NCBI GenBank assembly: GCA_964370735.1
Contig: CAYJLC010000004.1
Coordinates: 30,824 to 94,823 of the forward strand
DNA length: 64,000 bases
DNA from: an uncultured Oscillospiraceae bacterium
GTDB lineage: Bacteria > Bacillota > Clostridia > Oscillospirales > Butyricicoccaceae
Direction of reading: 5' to 3'
The notes under the pieces were generated by a model. It was not told where the DNA came from, searched no databases, and was given only the letters and a program-made list of their open reading frames with translations. The position numbers were made by a program, and so were the translations under genes. Below, piece after piece: positions 16,716 through 25,908 of this stretch (the first letter of the stretch is position 1; the number at the start of each line of letters is the position of its first letter).

Positions 16716-18878
16716 ATGAATATTTATGTTTCACCAAATGGTGATGATGGAAATAATGGTAGCAGATTATCACCGATTAAGACGATAGAAGAGGCAAAAA
16801 ATCGTGTTCGTCAGCTTGAAACAGGAGATATCACCGTTTTGCTTCGTGGTGGCAGATACCAAATTAACGAAACTATTTATTTTGGTATAGAAGACGGCGG
16901 AAACGAAAATAAAACAGTAACTTACAAGGCATTTGTCGATGAAGTTCCATATTTCACATCGGAAATCGATGTTATTGGTTGGGAAAAAGCAGATTTAGAA
17001 GAATTCCCTGAAATTTCAAAAGGAAAAATCTACAAAGCACCATTTCCAAATGGTATCACCGAAGTTAAGACAATGTTTTCAGGAAATACGCGACTAACAA
17101 GGGCGCACAGCGAAATGGTAAATCCTGAAAAAATCCACGAGTACACAAGAATGGACAGCCTAAATGTTGCACTTGAAAGCGAGCGTCCACTACTTAGACG
17201 AGTTGATTTTAAGGCTGGATTTATCAAAAAACGTCCGAATATGAGTGATATTGAACTTCGTTTTATGCCTGTTCCATGGACGATGAATTTACTTCCTTTG
17301 GCTTTAGTTGACGAAGAAAACAGTGTCGCAACTCTAGCAGTAGAGGCAACAACACCGCTTTCAGGAAAACCAGACGGTATGCGCGTAGAAAACGACCCGA
17401 TGTATATGACAAAAGAAGGATTTTTCTGCACAAATTCTCAGAAAAGAGAGATTTATTACTTTGGTGAACCTAAAAATATAAAAACTCCATCGGTTTTATG
17501 CTTTTTTGCAATAGAAGGCGATACAGATTATGAAAAACCTGTTGATACACCTGTAAAAAATCTGCATTTCGAGGGATTAGAGTTCGCGTTCAGTTCAAGA
17601 TACACGACAAAAGACGGCTACAAAGGCACAGGAATTCAGCACGACTGGGAGATGTTTGACACCAGAAATTCTGTAATTCGTTTTAGAGGCGCCGAAGACT
17701 GCTCGCTTACAAATTGTCACATTCATAGCACATCAAACACTGCAATAAGACTCGATTTACATTGCAAAAACATATTAATTAAGAACAATTTAATCGATGA
17801 CATTGGAAATATGGGCATCCTTTTATGTGGTTATGGACCTGGCACAAAAGACGTTAACAAAAACAATATTATAACAAATAATATAATAACTAGGTGTGGC
17901 GAAGAAATTTGGCATGGTCATGCGATTTTCTTGTGGCAAAGTGGTGAAAATTTAGTATCACACAATAAAATTCATCACTCAGCACGAAAAGGAATCGGAC
18001 TTTGTGGCGTGAGAATTACAATTCTAAAACGTCCAGACCATAAATTTGATGAGGCATCTAAAACTATTCGTTGGAATGAAATCGAAATCACTGATGAGAA
18101 TGACGATTTTGCAAACTATACGAAGTATTTACATTGTAGAAATAATATTATAGAGAAAAACAATGTTTATAAAGTTATCGAAAAAATAGGTGATGGTTCG
18201 GCTATAAATGTTTCAGGTGCTGGCACAGGAAACAACATTCGAGAGAATTATATTCACCATATTTCTACATATTTTTCGAGTAGCGTGCTTAGAACTGATG
18301 ATTGGCAAAGTGATACAATTTTTGAACGAAATGTTATTTATAAATCGAATATTTCAGGTATTACACGCAAAAATTACACTCATATTATTAATAATTTCAT
18401 CATTGATGTTAGTGCTAAAAATGGATATATTCGATTTGCATCTTATCCAAACGAGAAGGCAAATTACGGCTCTAAAATAAAAAACAACATTTACTTTGAC
18501 ACCGAAGATGAAATGAAAGTTTTCGGAAAAGGATATCTTGTGTCAGAGGGTGCGACTTTACCAGAAAATTGCGAAATTAGTAATAATATTATGTTTTGCA
18601 AGGAAAACAACGGCTGTTTGAACGAGCATTTTTCTGAAGTAAGTGAAGTCGGTAGCAAAATTTGCGACCCACTTTTCAAAGATATAGAAAATGAAGATTT
18701 TACTTTTTGCGAAAATTCACCAGCAATTTCTATGGGTATTTCCGAAATCGACGTAAAAAACACTGGAATTACGTCTGAATTTCCGAAAAGACTTCTCGAT
18801 TTAGAATATGAAGGCTCGCTTGATGATGAATATGACAGAGGAAAAAATCCAAATAAAACACAATACAACTGGTGGTAA
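16716..18878 (+). CDS. Cytoplasmic right-handed beta-helix protein (candidate glycan-active enzyme; family unknown)
   Basis: It has no signal peptide. The N-terminus YVSPNGDDGNNGSRLSPIKTIEEAKNRV..LLRGGRY parallels the N-terminus of the 1799-aa protein. There are repeated NN-I-x-N/I-G coil motifs (..IKNNLIDDIGN.., ..ITNNIITRCG.., ..HNKIHHSARKGIG..). The ATG at 16716 follows AAGGAG. Confidence 0.7.
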   Translation: MNIYVSPNGDDGNNGSRLSPIKTIEEAKNRVRQLETGDITVLLRGGRYQINETIYFGIEDGGNENKTVTYKAFVDEVPYFTSEIDVIGWEKADLEEFPEISKGKIYKAPFPNGITEVKTMFSGNTRLTRAHSEMVNPEKIHEYTRMDSLNVALESERPLLRRVDFKAGFIKKRPNMSDIELRFMPVPWTMNLLPLALVDEENSVATLAVEATTPLSGKPDGMRVENDPMYMTKEGFFCTNSQKREIYYFGEPKNIKTPSVLCFFAIEGDTDYEKPVDTPVKNLHFEGLEFAFSSRYTTKDGYKGTGIQHDWEMFDTRNSVIRFRGAEDCSLTNCHIHSTSNTAIRLDLHCKNILIKNNLIDDIGNMGILLCGYGPGTKDVNKNNIITNNIITRCGEEIWHGHAIFLWQSGENLVSHNKIHHSARKGIGLCGVRITILKRPDHKFDEASKTIRWNEIEITDENDDFANYTKYLHCRNNIIEKNNVYKVIEKIGDGSAINVSGAGTGNNIRENYIHHISTYFSSSVLRTDDWQSDTIFERNVIYKSNISGITRKNYTHIINNFIIDVSAKNGYIRFASYPNEKANYGSKIKNNIYFDTEDEMKVFGKGYLVSEGATLPENCEISNNIMFCKENNGCLNEHFSEVSEVGSKICDPLFKDIENEDFTFCENSPAISMGISEIDVKNTGITSEFPKRLLDLEYEGSLDDEYDRGKNPNKTQYNWW

Positions 18879-18887
18879 GGAGAGTTT

Positions 18888-20270
18888 ATGAAAAAACCTA
18901 ATATAGTATTTTTACTTACAGATGACCAACGATTTGACACAATTAATGCACTGGGAAATCCTGATATTATCACGCCAAATATGGATTTTTTAGTTGAAAA
19001 CGGCACAAGTTTTACAAATGCACATATTCCAGGTGGAACTTCTGGTGCAATTTGTATGCCTAGTCGTGCGATGATTAACACAGGGCGTACGCTATTTAAT
19101 CTCGAGGGTGAAGGACAAAATATCCCAAAAGAACATAAAACTATCGGAGAAATACTTAAAGAAAACGGATATTACACATTCGGCACAGGAAAATGGCACA
19201 ATGGACCTCCATCGTTTACAAGAAGTTTTGATTTTGGCGATAATATTTTCTTCGGTGGAATGTGGGATCACTGGAATGTACCGACAAATTATTATGACCC
19301 AACAGGCGAATATGACAACGTGATAAATTTCGTGGCAAATTCTGCTGGAAGTAATAAAGTCACAAAAGTTCACTGCGATAAATTCAATGCAGGCGTACAT
19401 TCTAGCGAACTTTTGACGCAAACTACGGTTGACTTTATCGAAAGAAGACGTGACGACAAGCCGTTTTTTGTGTATACTGCATACCTTGCACCACACGACC
19501 CACGCACAATGCCAGAAGAATACAAAAATATGTATAATATCGACGACATAAAGCTACCACCGAATTTTACCCACGACCCATTTGACTTTGGTGTTCGCAA
19601 TATTCGCGACGAAGTTCTCGCATCTTATCCACGAGATGAGAGAACTATTAAAGAGCAAATAGCTGAATATTACGGTATGATTACCCATCTTGACCACGAA
19701 ATTGGCAAGGTTATCGATGCTGTACGTCGCAAAGGTGAACTTGATAATACAATTTTCATTTTGGCAGGTGACAATGGCCTTGCAATGGGTTGCCATGGAC
19801 TTATGGGCAAACAAAATCATTACGAGCATAGTATCAGAATTCCACTTGTGATGTGTGGTGCTAATCTTCCGAAAAACAAAAAAATTGATAATTTCGTTTA
19901 TTTAATGGATATTTTTCCTACGATTTGTGATATTTTAGATGTAGAAATCCCAAGTTCTGTTGAAGGAAAGTCTTTTTATAAGATGTTTTCTGATGATGCA
20001 TACAAAACTCGTGAAAACTTGTATTTTGTGTATAATGACTTAATTCGTTCAGTTAAAAATGAACGCTATAAACTTATCGAATATCGTAATTTTATCACAA
20101 AAACAGAACTTTTCGACCATCAAAATGACTCTTGTGAAATGAATGATTTATCGAAAAACCCAGAGTATTCTGATGCGAAAAACGAGCTTTCAGAGCTTTT
20201 GCAAAAATATAAAACCGAGTGGAACGATGAAAATCATCATTTGGGCAAAAAGTATTGGAATGCTTTTTAA
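18888..20270 (+). CDS. Sulfatase (S1 family, Cys-type), no signal peptide
   Basis: N-terminus PNIVFLLTDDQRFDT. The formylglycine motif C-M-P-S-R is at codons 56-60 (19053-19067). A ..GKWH.. motif and ..FILAGDNG.. are also present. Confidence 0.9.
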   Translation: MKKPNIVFLLTDDQRFDTINALGNPDIITPNMDFLVENGTSFTNAHIPGGTSGAICMPSRAMINTGRTLFNLEGEGQNIPKEHKTIGEILKENGYYTFGTGKWHNGPPSFTRSFDFGDNIFFGGMWDHWNVPTNYYDPTGEYDNVINFVANSAGSNKVTKVHCDKFNAGVHSSELLTQTTVDFIERRRDDKPFFVYTAYLAPHDPRTMPEEYKNMYNIDDIKLPPNFTHDPFDFGVRNIRDEVLASYPRDERTIKEQIAEYYGMITHLDHEIGKVIDAVRRKGELDNTIFILAGDNGLAMGCHGLMGKQNHYEHSIRIPLVMCGANLPKNKKIDNFVYLMDIFPTICDILDVEIPSSVEGKSFYKMFSDDAYKTRENLYFVYNDLIRSVKNERYKLIEYRNFITKTELFDHQNDSCEMNDLSKNPEYSDAKNELSELLQKYKTEWNDENHHLGKKYWNAF

Positions 20271-20287
20271 AATAAAACTATTAAAAG

Positions 20288-20308
20288 AGCTGTTTTTACA
20301 GCTTTTTT
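20288..20308 (+). terminator. Short terminator/attenuator between the sulfatase and the surface-protein gene
   Basis: AGCTGT-tttt-ACAGCT followed by TTTTT. It sits 18 nt before the next RBS. Confidence 0.5.
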
Positions 20309-20325
20309 AAATAAAGGAGAGAAAA

Positions 20326-23300
20326 ATGTTTAAAAAAATAACAAGTTTAATTCTTGCTACTTCTGTAATATTATCGCTTTCACCAAATATTTTTGCGACA
20401 AATACTGATGATTTAAGCGATATTTTTGTATCAAAAAACGGAAGTGATAGTGCAAATGGCTCGATTGAAACTCCATTTGCAACACTCGAAAAAGCACTTA
20501 ACACTGCAAAAAACACAGGACAAGATGTTTATATAAGAGGTGGCACTTATTACGAAAATATTCAAATTTCCGACGTTCATAACATTGAAATTTCAAATTA
20601 TAACGGAGAAAAAGTAACTTTTAACGGCACAACTGCAATTGAAAATAACTGGATAGCCACAACAAACGAAGAAGTTCCATCTTTTGTGCGTGAAAATGTT
20701 TATGAAACGACAGTTAATGAAGATATTTGGCAACTTTTTAAAGAAGATGAAACATTAGTTACTGCGAGATTTCCAAACGGTAGCTTTGATTATGAAGATG
20801 GAATTGGCTATATTTTCAACTTAAAAGAAACAACAAGGCATTTAAGCCAAGCAAAAGACGAGAATGGTGAGTTTTTATCAGAATTTGGGCATTTTTATGA
20901 CGAAAATCCGTCTTCAACAGCCACAAATAACGGTGATTATGATGAAGGCAACGATGTTTCTTATGACTCTGCACGAACGCATCTAAATGAAGTTGGAATT
21001 GATGAATTGTCTTATAGCCTTGAGGGCGCAAACGTGGTTTTACACATGGGTTCGTGGCTTTCTTGGGCAAATGTTGTTACAGAACACGAAATTTATGCTG
21101 ATAATTTTAAATTTAGCAAAGATTTCTCTGGTTCTGGCACTGCAATGAATAATAATGCGATTTTATGGGGCGGTGGAGAAAATGGTACAGGTAACGCTAC
21201 TTGGAACGCAAAAAATTTAAATGGCGGACAAGGGTATTACTTCTTTGAAGGCCTACAATGTATCGACCACGAAAACGAGTGGTATTATGATAAAGATACA
21301 GGAAAAGTTTATGTTTATAGCGAAAATGGTGCTCCAGCAGGCAATTATTTTGGAAAAACACAGACTTATTACTTAGAAATGAGCAATTCTTCAAATGTTA
21401 CTATTAATGGGATTGACTGCTTTGCGACAACTCTTTCGGTAACAGACAGCACAAATATAACGCTTGAAAATTCGAATTTTTTATACCCAAGTTATAATAA
21501 ATTAGTGCTTGACGAGTACACAAGACCAGAAGTGACAAAATTTTGGAACTCAAATAGTACAGCCGACGCAAATAATACGGTTAGAAATTGTAAATTTGAG
21601 TATATGGACGGCCCTGCACTTGAAATGAACGGTAAATATAATGTTATTGACAATAATTTGATGCACCACATAGACTATACGACACTTGGTACAGGTGCTG
21701 AAGGAACTATAAATGTTGCGAGTGCTGATTTTGCAAAAATTACTCGAAATACAATCCATACTGCGGGTAATTCCGAGGGGATTCGTGCAGGAAAAAGCGC
21801 CGAAATTATGTATAACGATTTGTCAAATATGAGCTTGCTTCAACACGACGGTTCGCTTATTAACATCGGGGCTAGCGTGCAAAATGGCGTTCAAATCAGG
21901 TATAATTGGGTGCACGACGCACCAAAATCGAGCATACGTTTTGACACTGCTGGAATGGGAAATGCCGATACTGTTCAGTATGATGAAAACGGCACAATGG
22001 CGTATAATGTCACTTGGAATGTCGGTCAAATGAAAATTAAAGGCGAAAATCATTATATCGTAGGAAATACTGCTTTGACATCAAATGCAGCGCATAAAAT
22101 TGGGATTTCTGTATTATATGACCCTCCGATGGGTGGATTTAACGAAAAAACGCTCACTTTTAACAATGCAGGCATACTTTCAGGGCATTTTGGTGTACCA
22201 ACTGATATTCCTAGCGTAACACAAGGTGGAAACTTTAACGGAAGTGTTGAAAGTTTGCTTGTCGACCCTGAAAATCTAGATTTTAGACCAAAATCTGACT
22301 TGCTTATAAATAATGGTACGACAAATTTTGATGCATCAAATGAGTTTGGCGAAAATCCAATGGAATTTTTTAAATCAGGGCAAAACAGTGTTAGTATCGG
22401 CGCTTATGAATATGGCGATGAAAACTATATGATTGCTGGATTTAAGGATGAAAAAGCATCTGTTCCAATTCCGAAAGACAACGGCACGAAAGCAGATACT
22501 GAGTTTGACTTAATGTGGCTTTCTGCCTATAATTCGACGGATAATAGAGTATATTTCGGAACAAATCCTGAAAATTTACAGGTGAAATCTACACAAACTA
22601 ACAATATTTGTAGTTTTACAGCCGAAGATGAGCTTGAACTGAATCAAACTTACTATTGGAGAGTTGATTCTTTTGTAGATGGAAAATGGATTACTGGCGA
22701 TGTTTGGAGCTTTGAAACTATCCCAAATATTGCAAATGTTTCTTCTATAAGTCAGCTTGAAAATGCGCTTTTGGACAACAGTATCGACGTAATTAATGTA
22801 ACATCTGATATTACTTCAAATGTTGATATTTCTCGCACAGAAAGCGTTGAAATAAACCTAAATTCAAGCGCGATTACAGGAAATGTTAGCATAAATTCGG
22901 ACGCCTATGCTGTCACTATCAATGGCGACAGAGGCATTATCGGAGATATTTCGATAAATTCGCCTAAATCGACTGTTAACATAAACACACCGGTTACAGG
23001 CGATGTAAATATTGCAAATGTGTTTAGTTTCTTTAATTCTTCGACTGCAAATGCTGTAAATGTTAACGGAAAAGGGAATATTCAAAGTGAAAATCCGATT
23101 TTCATTAACACGACAGAGCGTATCGATTTAGTCGGTGATATTGGCGATGTGATATTTGGTGAATTCAGCGGAGTTTATCCATTTACTAAGGCTATTGTAT
23201 ATCAAATTGACACGATTACTGGCTTAGATGAGCAAATTACCGACAAATATAATGGAATTCAATTAGAAATTCTTCCGAAATCAATAGATATTCCTGTTAC

Positions 23301-25725
23301 ACTTGATAAAACATTCGAGAAACTGACAATTTCTAGACCGTCTACTGTTAATGGTGGAAATATTTCAAGAGTGGATATTAAAGCGGATGGAAATATTAAT
23401 TCTTCTGTCGAAACTACTAATATTTTGACAAAAGATATTGAATTTACAAATCAAGGAACAATCGATATTTTAAACAGTGGCGTTAATTTTGCTATTGAAA
23501 ATTTAGGTACAATAAATCAAATTAATCTTACAGCTAACAACCTTATTATTACAGTTTTAGGGGAAAATGTGCCGATTTTCTACACAAATCTCGACCCTGC
23601 TACAATTAAAATTGTAGATGAAAATGGTGATGAAATTATTGGTGCTAAGGTGTATAAAGTGCTTTCTGCTCCACAAAATCTTGTAGGATTGGCACCAACT
23701 TCGCAAGGTGGAAAGGGTAAAATTTCTGGCATTACGACTGAGATGGAATTTTCGAGTGATAATGGCGAAACATACACAAAAATCACTGATACTGACATGG
23801 GGTTTGATGTTGGAGAATATCTTGTGAGATTTGCTGAAACAGAGCATAATCTTTCTAGCGAAGCGACTTTAGTTACAATTGGCGAGTTTAATCAGCTTTT
23901 ATATGATGAAATTTTAGCAGAAATGCAAAAATATTATGATAATGCCACTATTCCAAACACAGTTTTAAAGGGCGAAGATGTACAAGATTATGTTATTTTA
24001 TTAGATGATGGTGCATCTGCAAGCAATGAAATTTCAAAAAATCCAAGCACAGTGTCAAATGACCTATTGACAGTTAAAAATGGCAAATTAACGCTAACTG
24101 ACATAGTTCTAAAGGACGCAATGGACAATACACTTGATGTTTCGATTACTTTTGAAAAAAATGGTATGATTTTGACAAAAAATGTAAATGTCACTATCGA
24201 AAAGAGCGAAAAAGGTCTTATTGATATTACAAATGAGCAGATAAATACGATTTCAGGCTTAAATTCGGAGGTTCTAGACAACGAAATCATAATTACAGGT
24301 GAAAGCAATGTCCCACAAATAAAAACCGAGCTATATCTTCCGACAGGAATTACAGCAAGACTTGCTACAAATGTAGCGCTTCAAGCGAATACGAAGTGGA
24401 CGATTGACGGAACACTTTATATAGACAAAATGATGAACGACAAGTCTAAAACAGAAAATTTTGGAACAAATGGACAGCTGATTTTTGCTAGTGAAACTTC
24501 TTCATATAGAGTGATAGACAAAACTGCAATCGGAGAATATCAAGGTAGTTTAGGTGTTTTAACACTTGACGACAGTTCGGAAATCATTCTTTCTTCGGAC
24601 AAACAAACGATTACAATTTCTAAAGGCACTGTTAAAATTCCTGCTGGAAAAACATTAACTTTAGGTGATGTTTCTGACTTTAATAGTACAGAAATTGATA
24701 AAGGAAATCTAACCATTAAAAATTTAGTTATAAATGATGATGCGAGCATTAAAGTTAATGGTACGTTCGATTATAACGGAAGAAATTTCACAGGTAATGG
24801 AACGATTTTAGTTGGTAATGGCACAATTATAGGAGAAGTTGAAACTCTTTCGCTTTCATCTGTAATTGAAAAACAAAGTGGGAATATTAATTATTCTAGC
24901 ACAGATAGCCTAACAATTAGTATCACAGAAAAATCATTAAGTTCAGGTGATGTTTTCAAATTAAATGCTCAAACAAAACCAAATAACGATGAAGTTATAT
25001 GGAGTTCTAGCGATGAAAATGTAGCTACTGTTGATGAAAATGGAAGTGTCACAGCTATTTCAAGTGGTTTTGCGATAATAACTGCAAAAAAAGCTCACAA
25101 TAGTGAAAAATACGCTACTTGTTATATAGAGGTAATAGGTTCGAGCGTTAGACCACGTCCGAATGATGATGATTTGGTAGAAAATAATCAAAATATTGAA
25201 ATTGAAGAAACAGAAACACCATTAACAGATGGTGAGAAATTAAAATTCACAGATATTTCAGAGCACTGGGCGAAAAATGCTATCGAATATGTGGTTGAAA
25301 ACGAGCTTATGAACGGAATTTCTGAAACAGAATTTGCTCCAAACTTAGAAATGTCAAGAGCGATGATTTGGACAGTTTTATATCGTTTAGATGGAAATAC
25401 TGACGAAACAGGCGATATTTGGTATGAAAAAGCTATGGCTTGGGCTGTGGAAAACGAAATCTCTGACGGAACAAATCCGATGGATAGTATCACTCGTGAA
25501 CAACTTATTACGATGCTTTGGAGAGATGCTGGCGAACCAGTTTCTGAGTATGATTTATCAGGGTATACTGATTTAAGTGATGTTAATGATTATGCAAAAG
25601 TTGCGTTTGCTTGGGCAGTAGAAAATGGATATATTTCAGGTAAAGCTGAAACTTTACTTGCACCAAAAGACACAGCAACAAGAGCAGAAGTTGCAACAAT
25701 TTTAACAAGAATTCTAGATAAATAG
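20326..25725 (+). CDS. Secreted, S-layer-homology-anchored giant beta-helix protein (1799 aa)
   Basis: It has a signal peptide (..LSLSPNIFATN). The beta-helix N-terminus is FVSKNGSDSANGSIETPFATLEKAL..IRGGTYY. A Big_2-like domain is present (..VIWSSSDENVATVDENGSVTAIS..). Three C-terminal SLH repeats are present (FTDISEHWAKNAIEYV.., WYEKAMAWAVEN.., DYAKVAFAWAVENGYISG..). Confidence 0.85.
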   Translation: MFKKITSLILATSVILSLSPNIFATNTDDLSDIFVSKNGSDSANGSIETPFATLEKALNTAKNTGQDVYIRGGTYYENIQISDVHNIEISNYNGEKVTFNGTTAIENNWIATTNEEVPSFVRENVYETTVNEDIWQLFKEDETLVTARFPNGSFDYEDGIGYIFNLKETTRHLSQAKDENGEFLSEFGHFYDENPSSTATNNGDYDEGNDVSYDSARTHLNEVGIDELSYSLEGANVVLHMGSWLSWANVVTEHEIYADNFKFSKDFSGSGTAMNNNAILWGGGENGTGNATWNAKNLNGGQGYYFFEGLQCIDHENEWYYDKDTGKVYVYSENGAPAGNYFGKTQTYYLEMSNSSNVTINGIDCFATTLSVTDSTNITLENSNFLYPSYNKLVLDEYTRPEVTKFWNSNSTADANNTVRNCKFEYMDGPALEMNGKYNVIDNNLMHHIDYTTLGTGAEGTINVASADFAKITRNTIHTAGNSEGIRAGKSAEIMYNDLSNMSLLQHDGSLINIGASVQNGVQIRYNWVHDAPKSSIRFDTAGMGNADTVQYDENGTMAYNVTWNVGQMKIKGENHYIVGNTALTSNAAHKIGISVLYDPPMGGFNEKTLTFNNAGILSGHFGVPTDIPSVTQGGNFNGSVESLLVDPENLDFRPKSDLLINNGTTNFDASNEFGENPMEFFKSGQNSVSIGAYEYGDENYMIAGFKDEKASVPIPKDNGTKADTEFDLMWLSAYNSTDNRVYFGTNPENLQVKSTQTNNICSFTAEDELELNQTYYWRVDSFVDGKWITGDVWSFETIPNIANVSSISQLENALLDNSIDVINVTSDITSNVDISRTESVEINLNSSAITGNVSINSDAYAVTINGDRGIIGDISINSPKSTVNINTPVTGDVNIANVFSFFNSSTANAVNVNGKGNIQSENPIFINTTERIDLVGDIGDVIFGEFSGVYPFTKAIVYQIDTITGLDEQITDKYNGIQLEILPKSIDIPVTLDKTFEKLTISRPSTVNGGNISRVDIKADGNINSSVETTNILTKDIEFTNQGTIDILNSGVNFAIENLGTINQINLTANNLIITVLGENVPIFYTNLDPATIKIVDENGDEIIGAKVYKVLSAPQNLVGLAPTSQGGKGKISGITTEMEFSSDNGETYTKITDTDMGFDVGEYLVRFAETEHNLSSEATLVTIGEFNQLLYDEILAEMQKYYDNATIPNTVLKGEDVQDYVILLDDGASASNEISKNPSTVSNDLLTVKNGKLTLTDIVLKDAMDNTLDVSITFEKNGMILTKNVNVTIEKSEKGLIDITNEQINTISGLNSEVLDNEIIITGESNVPQIKTELYLPTGITARLATNVALQANTKWTIDGTLYIDKMMNDKSKTENFGTNGQLIFASETSSYRVIDKTAIGEYQGSLGVLTLDDSSEIILSSDKQTITISKGTVKIPAGKTLTLGDVSDFNSTEIDKGNLTIKNLVINDDASIKVNGTFDYNGRNFTGNGTILVGNGTIIGEVETLSLSSVIEKQSGNINYSSTDSLTISITEKSLSSGDVFKLNAQTKPNNDEVIWSSSDENVATVDENGSVTAISSGFAIITAKKAHNSEKYATCYIEVIGSSVRPRPNDDDLVENNQNIEIEETETPLTDGEKLKFTDISEHWAKNAIEYVVENELMNGISETEFAPNLEMSRAMIWTVLYRLDGNTDETGDIWYEKAMAWAVENEISDGTNPMDSITREQLITMLWRDAGEPVSEYDLSGYTDLSDVNDYAKVAFAWAVENGYISGKAETLLAPKDTATRAEVATILTRILDK

Positions 25726-25737
25726 AAATTGAAAAAA

Positions 25738-25767
25738 ACGATAGTTTTAAAGACTATCGTTTTTTTA
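25738..25767 (+). terminator. Rho-independent terminator after the surface-protein gene
   Basis: ACGATAGT-tttaaag-ACTATCGT followed by TTTTTTT. Confidence 0.8.
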
Positions 25768-25786
25768 TGACTAGGAAATATAACCG

Positions 25787-25835
25787 CCTGACGTGGGTGC
25801 ATTTGTGAAATTTTTTCTAGTATACCACTTTTTTG
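25787..25835 (+). repeat. Y-box repeat module
   Basis: CCTGACGTGGGTGCATTTG..AATTTTTTCTA..CTTTTTTGACA parallels 52633-52680. It shares the CCTGACGTG core with 31243, 31323 and 31402, and with 8533 (inverted). Confidence 0.6.
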
Positions 25836-25908
25836 ACATGCAAAGACGGATATCTAAGAGATATCCGTCTGAAAAGTGAAATTTTAAATGCGTCAAATTG
25901 TTTATTAG

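Noticed and set aside
18491-19081. A 196-aa minus-strand ORF spanning the beta-helix/sulfatase junction.
   Set aside because: It is antisense to two well-supported plus-strand genes. It has no RBS, and its low-complexity Ser/Ile/Phe-rich translation is typical of an antisense frame in AT-rich DNA. The same reasoning applies to 17030-17431, 19092-19496, 33896-34300, 50645-51118, 59767-60195, 63112-63513 and the other short overlapping ORFs in the track.
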